Made by a program: the position numbers and the translations under genes. A stretch of 64,000 bases of DNA. Origin: an uncultured Chloroflexota bacterium (GTDB lineage: Bacteria; Chloroflexota; Dehalococcoidia; Lucifugimonadales; CAJXCD01). Below, piece after piece: positions 55,660 to 64,000 of this stretch. How positions within the stretch are numbered: position 1 is the stretch's first letter; every line of letters begins with the position of its first letter. The notes below the pieces were generated by a model. It was not told where the DNA came from. It was given only the letters and a program-made list of their open reading frames with translations, and did not search any database. The DNA is taken from contig CAJXCD010000003.1 in NCBI GenBank assembly GCA_913051545.1, forward strand, positions 96,341 to 160,340, read 5' to 3'.

Positions 55660-57931
55660 GTGGATAAACCTTCCTCATAACATTACGGCGCAACAGAAAT
55701 CGTGTGAGTCCAAATAGTATAAGCAAAACTGGAATCCCTACGGTATTACCATACTGCGCAATCTGAGTATGTATCTTAGAAGAAAATTCGAGGGGACGTA
55801 TGGATGTACCCTTGGAACGTATCGAGGCCAAATAATCCTCCTGAGTTAACCAATCTATCCAATTGACACCGAGTTTCAGGTGGTCTGGGTACTGTGAAAC
55901 GTACGCTTCACTAATCCAATCTGAATCTGTAGCAACAATCAACCTAAAAATGTTCTCAGGGTTCTTTTCACACCTAGGCTGAAGGGGAGGACATCTTACC
56001 CCCGTGACGGCCACCGCCAATACTCGTTCTCTCATTAAAGATTCATCTGTTTCTGAAAATATCTCTGACTGAGGTGAAATGTCTGAAAAATCACTGTCTA
56101 GAGCGGCTGAAGCACTGGTAACTAATAGAGGCGTGACTTGCGCATCGACCGCTTCGGATGTATACCCTAACAGTTCTATAGGACTAGCCCATGGCATCAC
56201 TGCATATCTCACCCCACCAGAAATCTGTTTCTCTGTAGTTTGAGACCTAACCCAGTAAGGATACGGAAGACTTACTCTCCCAAATCTGCCAGAGAAAAGA
56301 AGAGTCTCATTAGCTTGAACATCATAGACTAATTCATTCCCTATCCCAATACCATACTGGCTCAAATAATCTGCAAGAGTAGACTCGTTATTCTCTGCTG
56401 ACAGACTGGAATTATCTACAATAACTGGATCGACCATTATAAGAGCCTTGCCTCCAATGGCTAAGAATTCATCAATCTGTTCTAAAACTGGAGTTTCTAT
56501 AAATTCAGTTGGGCCAGCAACAACCAAAGTGTCGATCTGCTCCACATTAAATCCACCTGGGGCCAAATTAAAATCTAATCCATCATTGGTTATCTCTGCA
56601 ACTCGATGATGCCTCTCAAGCTGATTCCTAAATGACTGCAACATCTCATCACGTCTTTTTTCTCCATGTCCGAAAAGTATGGCAAGCTTCTTTGGTTTCT
56701 TTTGAAGCATGCGGAATATATTCGCACCTACTCGATACTCAAGACCATCCGTAGATTCAACAAACTGTATGGATTCCATGTGGCTGGTATAGGCCATACC
56801 TATACCCAAGTAACCTAATTTAATCCTCAGCTCTCCATCACTCTCTACATTAAATTCAACAGGTGGAATATTATAACGCTTCGCTTCCTCAGCCATTTCA
56901 TCACTTTCATCTGCGTAACGTTTAACTACCCTAACTTTACCATTTGACGCCGCAGCCAAATCTTCGAGAAAATGCTCCACCTCCCTAGTGGTTAGTGCGA
57001 CCTGCACAGGAGGGTCTTTCGACGCAAACAGTTTAATAGTCACCACGTCATCTAAACTAGACAACAATTCCTCCGTAGCAGGAGTCAATGTATACAGATT
57101 GTTTTCAGTAAGATCCAGCCTACCCTCAATTGAACGTCCAAACCAACCAACCGCGATGCTTAATATTACTAATCCAGACACGCCTAGCTGTAAATTACGG
57201 TACAAAGGAGAGCGGCGACTCACACTCTTACCCCTAACTATCAGGTAAGTCGCACTAATGAATGTAGAAACTAATGCTGCAAAATAAAGCACATCCCTTA
57301 GATCCAACACCCCTCTCGAAATAGCTCCAAAGTGTGTTAATGGACTCAAATCCTGAACTAGAACTGCTAAACCTGATGGTAATACCAAAGTTATAAGAGG
57401 CATTCCGCAAATCATTAGTAACACTATTATGGACAAAGCCAGTATGAAAGACACAATTTGATTACGGGTCAGGCTAGAAGTAAAAAGCCCTATTGAAACA
57501 AACGATGCAGTAATAAAAAGGGTTCCTAGATACTGAGCAACAATAGCCCCTTCGTCTAGATCGCCTGCTGTCATGAGAGCTATAGGAATAAATACTGTTA
57601 ATCCTATACCAGTCAGTACAAATATCAATCCAGAAATAAATTTAGAACCTATGACTGCCCAAATTTTAAGTGGCTGGGTCATCAACAATTCTAGAGTGCC
57701 GTCTCGCTGCTCTTCTGATATCAAACGCATAGTTGCAGCTGGCACAAAAATTGCCAATAACCAAGGCAAAGTGTCGAGTAATGGCCTTAGAGAAGCCTCC
57801 TGTGTAGTGTTAATCGTCCTAAAAAACAGGAAGGAAACTATAGCCGTAAATATCACGAGAAGTATGTAACCAGTCGGCTGGTCAAAATAACTCTTAAGAT
57901 CTTTTCTGACAAGTGTTAAAAAAGATGACAT
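55649..57931 (-). CDS. ABC-2 permease fused to a GldG-like auxiliary domain (GldF-GldG fusion)
   Basis: 760 aa. The N-terminal ~240 aa carry about 6 TM segments of ABC-2 type. A ~480-aa extracytoplasmic domain follows, then a C-terminal TM anchor (VGIPVLLILFGLTRFLL). Confidence 0.75.
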   Translation of the reverse strand: MSSFLTLVRKDLKSYFDQPTGYILLVIFTAIVSFLFFRTINTTQEASLRPLLDTLPWLLAIFVPAATMRLISEEQRDGTLELLMTQPLKIWAVIGSKFISGLIFVLTGIGLTVFIPIALMTAGDLDEGAIVAQYLGTLFITASFVSIGLFTSSLTRNQIVSFILALSIIVLLMICGMPLITLVLPSGLAVLVQDLSPLTHFGAISRGVLDLRDVLYFAALVSTFISATYLIVRGKSVSRRSPLYRNLQLGVSGLVILSIAVGWFGRSIEGRLDLTENNLYTLTPATEELLSSLDDVVTIKLFASKDPPVQVALTTREVEHFLEDLAAASNGKVRVVKRYADESDEMAEEAKRYNIPPVEFNVESDGELRIKLGYLGIGMAYTSHMESIQFVESTDGLEYRVGANIFRMLQKKPKKLAILFGHGEKRRDEMLQSFRNQLERHHRVAEITNDGLDFNLAPGGFNVEQIDTLVVAGPTEFIETPVLEQIDEFLAIGGKALIMVDPVIVDNSSLSAENNESTLADYLSQYGIGIGNELVYDVQANETLLFSGRFGRVSLPYPYWVRSQTTEKQISGGVRYAVMPWASPIELLGYTSEAVDAQVTPLLVTSASAALDSDFSDISPQSEIFSETDESLMRERVLAVAVTGVRCPPLQPRCEKNPENIFRLIVATDSDWISEAYVSQYPDHLKLGVNWIDWLTQEDYLASIRSKGTSIRPLEFSSKIHTQIAQYGNTVGIPVLLILFGLTRFLLRRNVMRKVYPRER

Positions 57932-57938
57932 GTGATTC

Positions 57939-58934
57939 TTATGCTTCCTCTAAGCTAGAATCTGCTGTCAGATCATGGAACATGTCTTGCAACCTAGCTC
58001 CTTCCTGATGAAGTTCCCATAACACCCACTTCTTTTTCTTGGCTAAATGGAATATATCAGGTCTAATATCGCTATCGCTATTGCTGGAAACCCTGAATTT
58101 TTTTCTCTTGTCGTAAGATGTCTGCCTCTCTATTACGTCAACTTGAGACAAACTTTTTAGATCCTTTTCTACATTGTCACCCTCAACCTCTACAACTACA
58201 CTGCGATGACTCTCTGCCTGAGACTCAAGTTCCTCCACTGTCCCTTGAGCTACTATACGACCACGAGCTATTATCAAAAGTCTGTCACAGGTTTGCTCAA
58301 CCTCGCTCAATACATGCGTACTCAGCAGGACAGTTCGCTGCTCACCCATCCTTCGTATCAATTCTCGAATTGGCACACGTTGGTTGGGATCTAGTCCCTC
58401 AGTTGGCTCATCCATAATCAAAATATCTGGTCGGTGTAAAATCGCTCCAGCTAAACCGACCCTTTGACGATACCCTTTTGAACAATGACCAACCGGCTGA
58501 TAATACACTTGTTCAATCCCAGTCTCATAAACTGCTTGAGCTATATTCTCGCGCCCCTCTGCTCCTGACTGACCCCTCAGGTCTGCAACGAAAGACAGAT
58601 ACTCTCTGACAAGCATATCTGTATAGATTGGATTGTTTTCCGGTAGGTATCCGATGAGGTTTCGAGTCGCCAAATCATCTTGTTGGTTATCAATCCCTTC
58701 AATTAAGACACTTCCAGAATCAGGCGTGTAGTAGGATGTTAGAAGTCGCATACTGGTTGTCTTACCTGATCCATTCGGCCCCAAAAATCCAACCACTTCC
58801 CCTCTTCGAACATCAAACGATACGTTATTCACAGCGATGTTAGACCCGAACTGCTTGGTCACACCATTGACTTGAATAGTCAAATCATCAGGTGCTGATT
58901 GTCCACTATCCTCAGATAAATGTTCTTTTACCAA
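57939..58934 (-). CDS. ABC transporter ATP-binding protein (GldA-like)
   Basis: Walker [10 protein letters not shown], signature CSKGYRQR and Walker [13 protein letters not shown]. It lies 7 nt upstream of the permease fusion. Confidence 0.9.
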   Translation of the reverse strand: MVKEHLSEDSGQSAPDDLTIQVNGVTKQFGSNIAVNNVSFDVRRGEVVGFLGPNGSGKTTSMRLLTSYYTPDSGSVLIEGIDNQQDDLATRNLIGYLPENNPIYTDMLVREYLSFVADLRGQSGAEGRENIAQAVYETGIEQVYYQPVGHCSKGYRQRVGLAGAILHRPDILIMDEPTEGLDPNQRVPIRELIRRMGEQRTVLLSTHVLSEVEQTCDRLLIIARGRIVAQGTVEELESQAESHRSVVVEVEGDNVEKDLKSLSQVDVIERQTSYDKRKKFRVSSNSDSDIRPDIFHLAKKKKWVLWELHQEGARLQDMFHDLTADSSLEEA

Positions 58935-59068
58935 TATGAACCGTGCTCCCTGCTATTATTTAATTACAGATGACACCCAACTTATGTATCTACTTACCCG
59001 ACTCATTAAGTAAGTCACATTCTAAATTAATATTAGCAACCGATTCCAGAATCGAATTTTCTAGCAAT

Positions 59069-59099
59069 AAAAAACAGCCTCACTTACTAGGGAAGGCTG
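59069..59099 (-). terminator. orphan intrinsic terminator-like hairpin inside a divergent intergenic region
   Basis: The minus strand reads CAGCCT-13 nt loop-AGGCTG followed by TTTTTT. No annotated minus-strand gene ends upstream of it. Confidence 0.45.
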
Positions 59100-59394
59100 C
59101 TGAATAAGATTCTATGGAATATAACTACTATATGTCAATAAGAAATAGGTTCGATCGTTTAATATTTTAATATTTCGCAATGATGCGAAAATCTATCTTA
59201 AACAACGAAATGTGTGAATATACAATAGGTCAGATACAATGAATTGTAGGCCACATAAGTCTTCAAGCTACACTAAATGAGAGGTAGGCCACATACGAAA
59301 TCACTGCAACTATCACAATCCACAAAATCATACGAGGAGATAATTTCATACATTACATTTTATCACTTGGCACGGTAGGCGCGGTAATAGAACG

Positions 59395-60204
59395 ATGGCA
59401 TACAAACTATTAGCCCTTGATATTGACGGAACGATCAAATCACACTCAGAATCAATATCTGACCACACACTATCAATGATATCTAAGGTCCAGAAAGCAG
59501 GGGTAAAGGTTACGCTTGCAACCGGCAGAATGTCAGGTTCGGCATTAGCAATTGCCAAAGAACTAGATATCAATAGTCCAATAGTGTCATCTCAGGGAGC
59601 TATTATTGTCAGTCCCTCCAACGGGAAATGTATATGGCACAAACCTCTTACTCCCCAAATGGCACTAGGAGCACTAGAAGCACTGTCCAATTCACAAATA
59701 GAGATACTACTTTACTTGAAGGATGATGTTTATACCACAAAGGATACCCCCTGGGTACGATCCTATGGGAAGCGCAATTTAGGAAAATTATATTTTGTAG
59801 ATGATCTACGTAATTTAGCGAATAAGTCCCCAACGCGAATAGTGGCATTTGGAGATGAAAATGAGATAGCGAAAATAAGTCGCTGCCTAAACAAATTTTT
59901 CAAAAATCACTTGCATGTTACGAGATCCCTACCGCATTTCTATGAAATCCTAAACCCACATGCAGGTAAGAAAAATGCTTTGGAATGGTTATGCAACATA
60001 TCACAAATCAGACAAGATGAAACGGTGGCATTTGGCAACGGTTATAACGATATAGAAATGGTGTCCTGGGCTGGAATGGGTGTAGCAATCACTGGATCAC
60101 CTCCCGAACTCTTAGAAGTCGCTGACGTCGTCGCTCCCCCGGTGGATAAAAATGGTCTCGCCGTGATTCTGAGTAGGCTGCTAGACCAAAACGCATTCCA
60201 TTAA
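59395..60204 (+). CDS. Cof-type HAD-IIB family hydrolase
   Basis: 269 aa with motif I LALDIDGT, ATGR, and motif IV GNGYNDIEM. Confidence 0.85.
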   Translation: MAYKLLALDIDGTIKSHSESISDHTLSMISKVQKAGVKVTLATGRMSGSALAIAKELDINSPIVSSQGAIIVSPSNGKCIWHKPLTPQMALGALEALSNSQIEILLYLKDDVYTTKDTPWVRSYGKRNLGKLYFVDDLRNLANKSPTRIVAFGDENEIAKISRCLNKFFKNHLHVTRSLPHFYEILNPHAGKKNALEWLCNISQIRQDETVAFGNGYNDIEMVSWAGMGVAITGSPPELLEVADVVAPPVDKNGLAVILSRLLDQNAFH

Positions 60205-60339
60205 TGCTAATTTAAGTCAGCGTGAATAAAAATGTTGGCTGATTACATTTAGCAATATCTGTGATATAAATCAGTCCCAGTCACCAAGGTGTTGGTTATT
60301 GCAATTTTACATGGAGGAATAGCCCTAGGGATGTGAGTA

Positions 60340-61287
60340 ATGATTAGCTTGAAGAATACCCCGTCACTTGTAGTACATGGCGGCATTAACATGGACGTTA
60401 TAGGCATTACACAAACCATTCCTGAATCAGGTCAAACTGTAGTTGGACAGGAATCTTTCTTTTCAGCCGGAGGCAAAGGTGCGAATCAATCTGTAGCTAT
60501 TGCACGACTGGGTGCTAAAGTCAGTTTGATCGGTGTTGTAGGTAAAGATTATTTTGGCCCCATACTTTTGGAAGGGCTCCAAAAAGAGGGTGTAGATATT
60601 AGTGCCATCAGTACAGATCAAAATATAAACTCAGGATTGGCAATAATTCTTTTGGACAGCGAAAGGGAAAATCGCATATTAGTTATACCAGGGGCTAACC
60701 TAAATCAGTCTAATCTTGAATTTGGCTCAATTGAATCAAAAATTAGCAAATCTAGCTACGTGCTACTACAAGGAGAAATTGACCAAAATGCCTCAATAAA
60801 AACTGCAGAAACTGCCAGAAAGCATGCAGTGAAGGTGGTTTTGGATCCCGCTCCTGCTGAAAACATTTCTAAAGAATTGCTTAACTCAAGCGACATTATC
60901 ACCCCAAATCAAGCAGAAGCATCATCAATTACGGGCATAGGTGTTATAGATGTACAATCAGCCAAGGAAGCCTGTGAAGCATTACTTGGTTTTGGACCCA
61001 GCGTTGCGATTACAACAATTGGGGATATGGGAGCATATTACATATCATCTAGCGGGGAACAAGGTCATATAAATGCATTCAAAACTGACGTTGTTGATTC
61101 TGTAGCAGCCGGAGACGCTTTCAATGGCAGTCTAACTGTATCCCTAGCTAATGGAACTACTTTACAGCAAGCTGTCCATAACGCTGTTGCAGCTGGATCG
61201 CTTGCAACTACCGTGAAAGGTGCTCAGCGATCTATGCCAACTGCAGATCAAGTTAAAAATCTAATTGCAAAAGGGAAGCACTCTTAA
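60340..61287 (+). CDS. rbsK: ribokinase (PfkB family)
   Basis: 315 aa with GGINMDV, GGKGANQSVA and the anion hole/catalytic motif DSVAAGDAFNG. Confidence 0.88.
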   Translation: MISLKNTPSLVVHGGINMDVIGITQTIPESGQTVVGQESFFSAGGKGANQSVAIARLGAKVSLIGVVGKDYFGPILLEGLQKEGVDISAISTDQNINSGLAIILLDSERENRILVIPGANLNQSNLEFGSIESKISKSSYVLLQGEIDQNASIKTAETARKHAVKVVLDPAPAENISKELLNSSDIITPNQAEASSITGIGVIDVQSAKEACEALLGFGPSVAITTIGDMGAYYISSSGEQGHINAFKTDVVDSVAAGDAFNGSLTVSLANGTTLQQAVHNAVAAGSLATTVKGAQRSMPTADQVKNLIAKGKHS

Positions 61288-61306
61288 ATAATACAGGAGA
61301 ATTAAA

Positions 61307-61996
61307 ATGATAAATTTGAGCAAATACCGAATAATAGATCTCTCTCATGAATTATTTCCTAGTGAGCAAAAAGTTGACGGGCATCAACGTCATGGGAAAC
61401 CATTTTATGGGGAAAGAGCCATTGATCTACAAGAGTTCTTTCACTCAGAAGACGACTCCAGAATGCATTTCATTCAGAGCCAAACACATAATGGCACTCA
61501 CGTGGAAGCCCCATACAAATACTCTGAAGATGGCAAAGATATTGCCTCAATCCCTCTTGAAACTTACTTAGGGGAAGCAGCGGCATGTGATTTCACAGAA
61601 AAAGCTGGCCAGCCTATCACACCTAAGGATTTTGAACTAGCAGGCGTGAAAACTGGAGATATAGTCCTAGCGTGGGGACCACCTAAATTTGATAAAGCTG
61701 GCAGGTGGGATGTATCTAGCTCTCCTTACTTACTTGACGAAACTATAGACTGGCTTATTGAATTGCGTATTAAAGCCTTGGGGACTGAAAACCTTACGCT
61801 ATCTCCTCCTGATAAAAAATCGGATGAAAAGCCAACATCTGACGCAAAATTACTTCTTGGTGGCATAGGCTTGATTGATGCTCCAACAGGACTCCATCAA
61901 ATCAGCAAATCTCGTGTTTTCTTCATAGGATTACCGGTCAGAATGCATAGGCTAACCGCATCCTGGACACGGGCAATCGTACTGGAAGACATCTAG
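61307..61996 (+). CDS. cyclase family protein (kynurenine formamidase-like fold)
   Basis: 229 aa with an HxGTHxExP motif (QTHNGTHVEAPYK). An AGGAGA SD precedes it, 19 nt after rbsK. Confidence 0.75.
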   Translation: MINLSKYRIIDLSHELFPSEQKVDGHQRHGKPFYGERAIDLQEFFHSEDDSRMHFIQSQTHNGTHVEAPYKYSEDGKDIASIPLETYLGEAAACDFTEKAGQPITPKDFELAGVKTGDIVLAWGPPKFDKAGRWDVSSSPYLLDETIDWLIELRIKALGTENLTLSPPDKKSDEKPTSDAKLLLGGIGLIDAPTGLHQISKSRVFFIGLPVRMHRLTASWTRAIVLEDI

Positions 61997-62081
61997 CCAA
62001 AATTAATATTGACAAACGTCACTTTGTCTATCCGGGACAAAAATCACCTGGTGCAGAACAACCGAAATATACTCTTTACGT

Positions 62082-62843
62082 TCATTTACCACTGGTCTCG
62101 TGTTCTATACCTTTGATACGATCCTCTACTTGAATAAGTTTACTATACTCTTCTTGAACTAAATGATAGCAACGCTGTAAATATAAATCCGCTAACTCTT
62201 CAGATCTTCCGTCCTTTGATTTTACAGTTTGAACCAACCTAGGTATATTTAGTGAATCCGGAAGATACCCAGATAATAATTTAATCTCCTCCTCGGCATC
62301 ATTGATTAGAGAATCATCAGATCCATCAACTGAAAATCTTAATCTGCCAGTAAGCCTAGTTAACTCTCCTAACTTATCACTATCACTCATAAGACCATAT
62401 AAAACTTCACTGACTCCAATCCCCTCTTCCGGCAATTGTTCACTCTGATGATCAACAATGCTATCCGATTCAGCATAAGCACTAGCGTATCTCTCAACAA
62501 CTTGATTAACTAAGGACATGGAAGATGATACGTCAGCTGGGGCTAGAGTACCTCCAAACAAAATGTCATCATCCCTCATCATGGCCAGATCCTCAATCTC
62601 TTTATAATTACCCATCTGCTCAGGGGCTGGTGGAAAAGCAAAAGATGACAATTGCTCACCTGCAAATTCTCCTCCGACTTGATTCATTAAGAATGGGGGT
62701 ACGTATTTTGAAACATCTACTTTAATGGGCAGAATTACGATGTAAGTAACCCACACTGAGCTAGAATTACCTGAATCTTTGAAATAAACCAAAGCATGCC
62801 CTTTGGGCTTAGTAATATCACCCCTATCAAATACTACTTCCAT
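62082..62843 (-). CDS. hypothetical acidic protein (253 aa)
   Basis: A long ORF with coding-like composition that is monocistronic. I recognise no family motif. Confidence 0.5.
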   Translation of the reverse strand: MEVVFDRGDITKPKGHALVYFKDSGNSSSVWVTYIVILPIKVDVSKYVPPFLMNQVGGEFAGEQLSSFAFPPAPEQMGNYKEIEDLAMMRDDDILFGGTLAPADVSSSMSLVNQVVERYASAYAESDSIVDHQSEQLPEEGIGVSEVLYGLMSDSDKLGELTRLTGRLRFSVDGSDDSLINDAEEEIKLLSGYLPDSLNIPRLVQTVKSKDGRSEELADLYLQRCYHLVQEEYSKLIQVEDRIKGIEHETSGK

Positions 62844-63011
62844 TTCATCACACCGTTATGCCTGAACATTTTCAGCAGTATGATTATACGACAAACCTCA
62901 TAAAGATACTAAAACTTATTTGTACGCCCTCAATAATTGAAAAATTGTAATTAGCTAAGCCATCTCTAACAGCTACGAGTAATAGTATCTAATCAAAATA
63001 AACACTGATAC

Positions 63012-63020
63012 TGGTATAAT
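63012..63020 (+). promoter_or_regulatory. extended -10 promoter element upstream of pyrD
   Basis: TGGTATAAT (TGnTATAAT consensus) lies 53 nt upstream of the pyrD ATG. It sits in the loop of an 8-bp inverted repeat (63006-63013 / 63021-63028). Confidence 0.4.
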
Positions 63021-63072
63021 CAGTATCACTTTGAATTAAGTACCTACTGCAACATTCAAATTGGAGTCCAAT

Positions 63073-64000
63073 ATGGTACTCATCTCGGCCTTTTACAAAC
63101 TATTTTTGCGACCATTCTTATTCCTTTTACCAACCGAATCTGCACACAAAATTACAAATCTTGTGCTACGAAGACATTCGTTACGGAATATCATCAGTAA
63201 ACCGTTATCTTTTACTGATGACAGACTTCATGTCGACTGGTGTGGGTTTTCCATTCAAAATCCAGTTGGTCTAGCAGCTGGATTCGACAAAGATTGCGAA
63301 ATGATACCATCTCTTGCATCCATCGGATTTGGTTATATAACAGGAGGAACGGTAACGGCTGATGCAAGATGCGGTAATCCTAAGCCTCGCATCGTGAGAG
63401 ACAAATCTGAACAATCTTTAATAAACGCTATGGGTTTCCCAAATAAGGGAGTCGATGCTGCAACCATATCATTATCAAAAATTAAGGGAAAATTGATCAA
63501 AACACCAATAGTTGTAAGTATATCCGGAACTGAAATTATTGACATATTGGAGTGCCGAAAACTACTGGAACCTCTATCAGATGTAATCGAGATTAATATC
63601 AGTTCACCCAACACGGCAGGCTTAAAGATCTTCCAAGAGCCTACTTCACTAGATGAACTTATCGGAAAAATCAATGATGTGAGACATAAACCTCTTATGA
63701 TCAAATTACCACCTTATTCATCTGGATGTATCGAGAAAGCTAGAGAAAATATACTCAGACTCGCAAGAATATGTACTTTGAAAGGTGTAGATGGTTTAAC
63801 GATCGCAAATAGTAAACCTGTAATTGACGCCCGTCTGGCAACCGGAAGAGGAGGTCTAAGTGGCAAACCCATTTTAGAAGACACAATACAAATGGTTAAA
63901 GACATCCGCTCAGAGGTAGGAAGCAAAACAATCATTAATGCATGTGGAGGTGTTTTTACAGGGGAGGATGCCTGGAGAGCCCTACAGGCTGGAGCAAACA
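63073..64000 (+). CDS. pyrD: dihydroorotate dehydrogenase (class 2-like), 5' fragment; 3' end lies outside the window
   Basis: This ORF is not in the ORF track because there is no stop within the window. My translation from the ATG at 63073 (GGAG SD 6 nt upstream) gives GLAAGFDKD, NAMGFPNKG, INISSPNT and GRGGLSGKP. The hydrophobic N-terminus is typical of quinone-dependent PyrD. Confidence 0.9.
   Translation, partial: MVLISAFYKLFLRPFLFLLPTESAHKITNLVLRRHSLRNIISKPLSFTDDRLHVDWCGFSIQNPVGLAAGFDKDCEMIPSLASIGFGYITGGTVTADARCGNPKPRIVRDKSEQSLINAMGFPNKGVDAATISLSKIKGKLIKTPIVVSISGTEIIDILECRKLLEPLSDVIEINISSPNTAGLKIFQEPTSLDELIGKINDVRHKPLMIKLPPYSSGCIEKARENILRLARICTLKGVDGLTIANSKPVIDARLATGRGGLSGKPILEDTIQMVKDIRSEVGSKTIINACGGVFTGEDAWRALQAGAN

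Noticed and set aside
1-64000. A search for mobile elements, defence islands, CRISPR repeats, and tRNA, rRNA, tmRNA or riboswitch-like structured RNAs in all intergenic gaps over 100 nt.
   Set aside because: I saw no regularly spaced direct repeats, no cloverleaf-compatible GC-rich segments, no terminal inverted repeats flanking genes, and no nuclease, helicase, methylase, recombinase or reverse-transcriptase genes. The gaps are AT-rich with only short hairpins. Covariance-model scans (Rfam, tRNAscan) would be needed to be definitive.

Overview
This window is about 40% GC, densely coding bacterial chromosome with roughly 50 protein genes on both strands. I found no rRNA, tRNA, CRISPR array, transposase, integrase, reverse transcriptase, restriction-modification gene or other recognisable phage or defence gene. 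It reads as core genome rather than an accessory island. Recognisable housekeeping genes are selD (3' fragment), argS, tgt, an aroK-aroB fusion plus aroE, alaS-ruvX, polA, a PGM/PMM mutase, ilvD, eno, trxB, mutS, the ybeY-dnaX-ybaB-recR-recO block, rpiB, rbsK and pyrD (5' fragment). Other content includes two ABC-2 type transporters, one of them a GldA/GldF-GldG/DUF4340 set next to an FG-GAP/ASPIC lipoprotein. There is also a run of enzyme genes (D-aminoacylase, TPP PYR-domain subunit, RpiB, SDR, RidA, phosphotriesterase-like). Many starts appear to be TTG or GTG. A marine heterotroph, possibly Chloroflexota-like, is compatible with the gene families, but that is a guess. The best candidate for an uncharacterised system is 28845-36825. 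It holds two tandem giant paralogous membrane proteins, each with two FtsX-type modules and very large extracytoplasmic domains, followed by a zinc-ribbon mini-protein. No ABC ATPase is encoded nearby. Secondary oddities: a full-length GreA fused to an N-terminal integrase-SAM-like domain; an Ile/Val-rich 32-codon upstream ORF whose stop overlaps the ilvD start; and a 460-bp divergent spacer with an orphan terminator, a 12-nt repeat and a hydrophobic micro-ORF. There is also an orphan sulfopyruvate/phosphonopyruvate-decarboxylase-like alpha subunit. All family assignments rest on motif recognition by eye, with no searches run.
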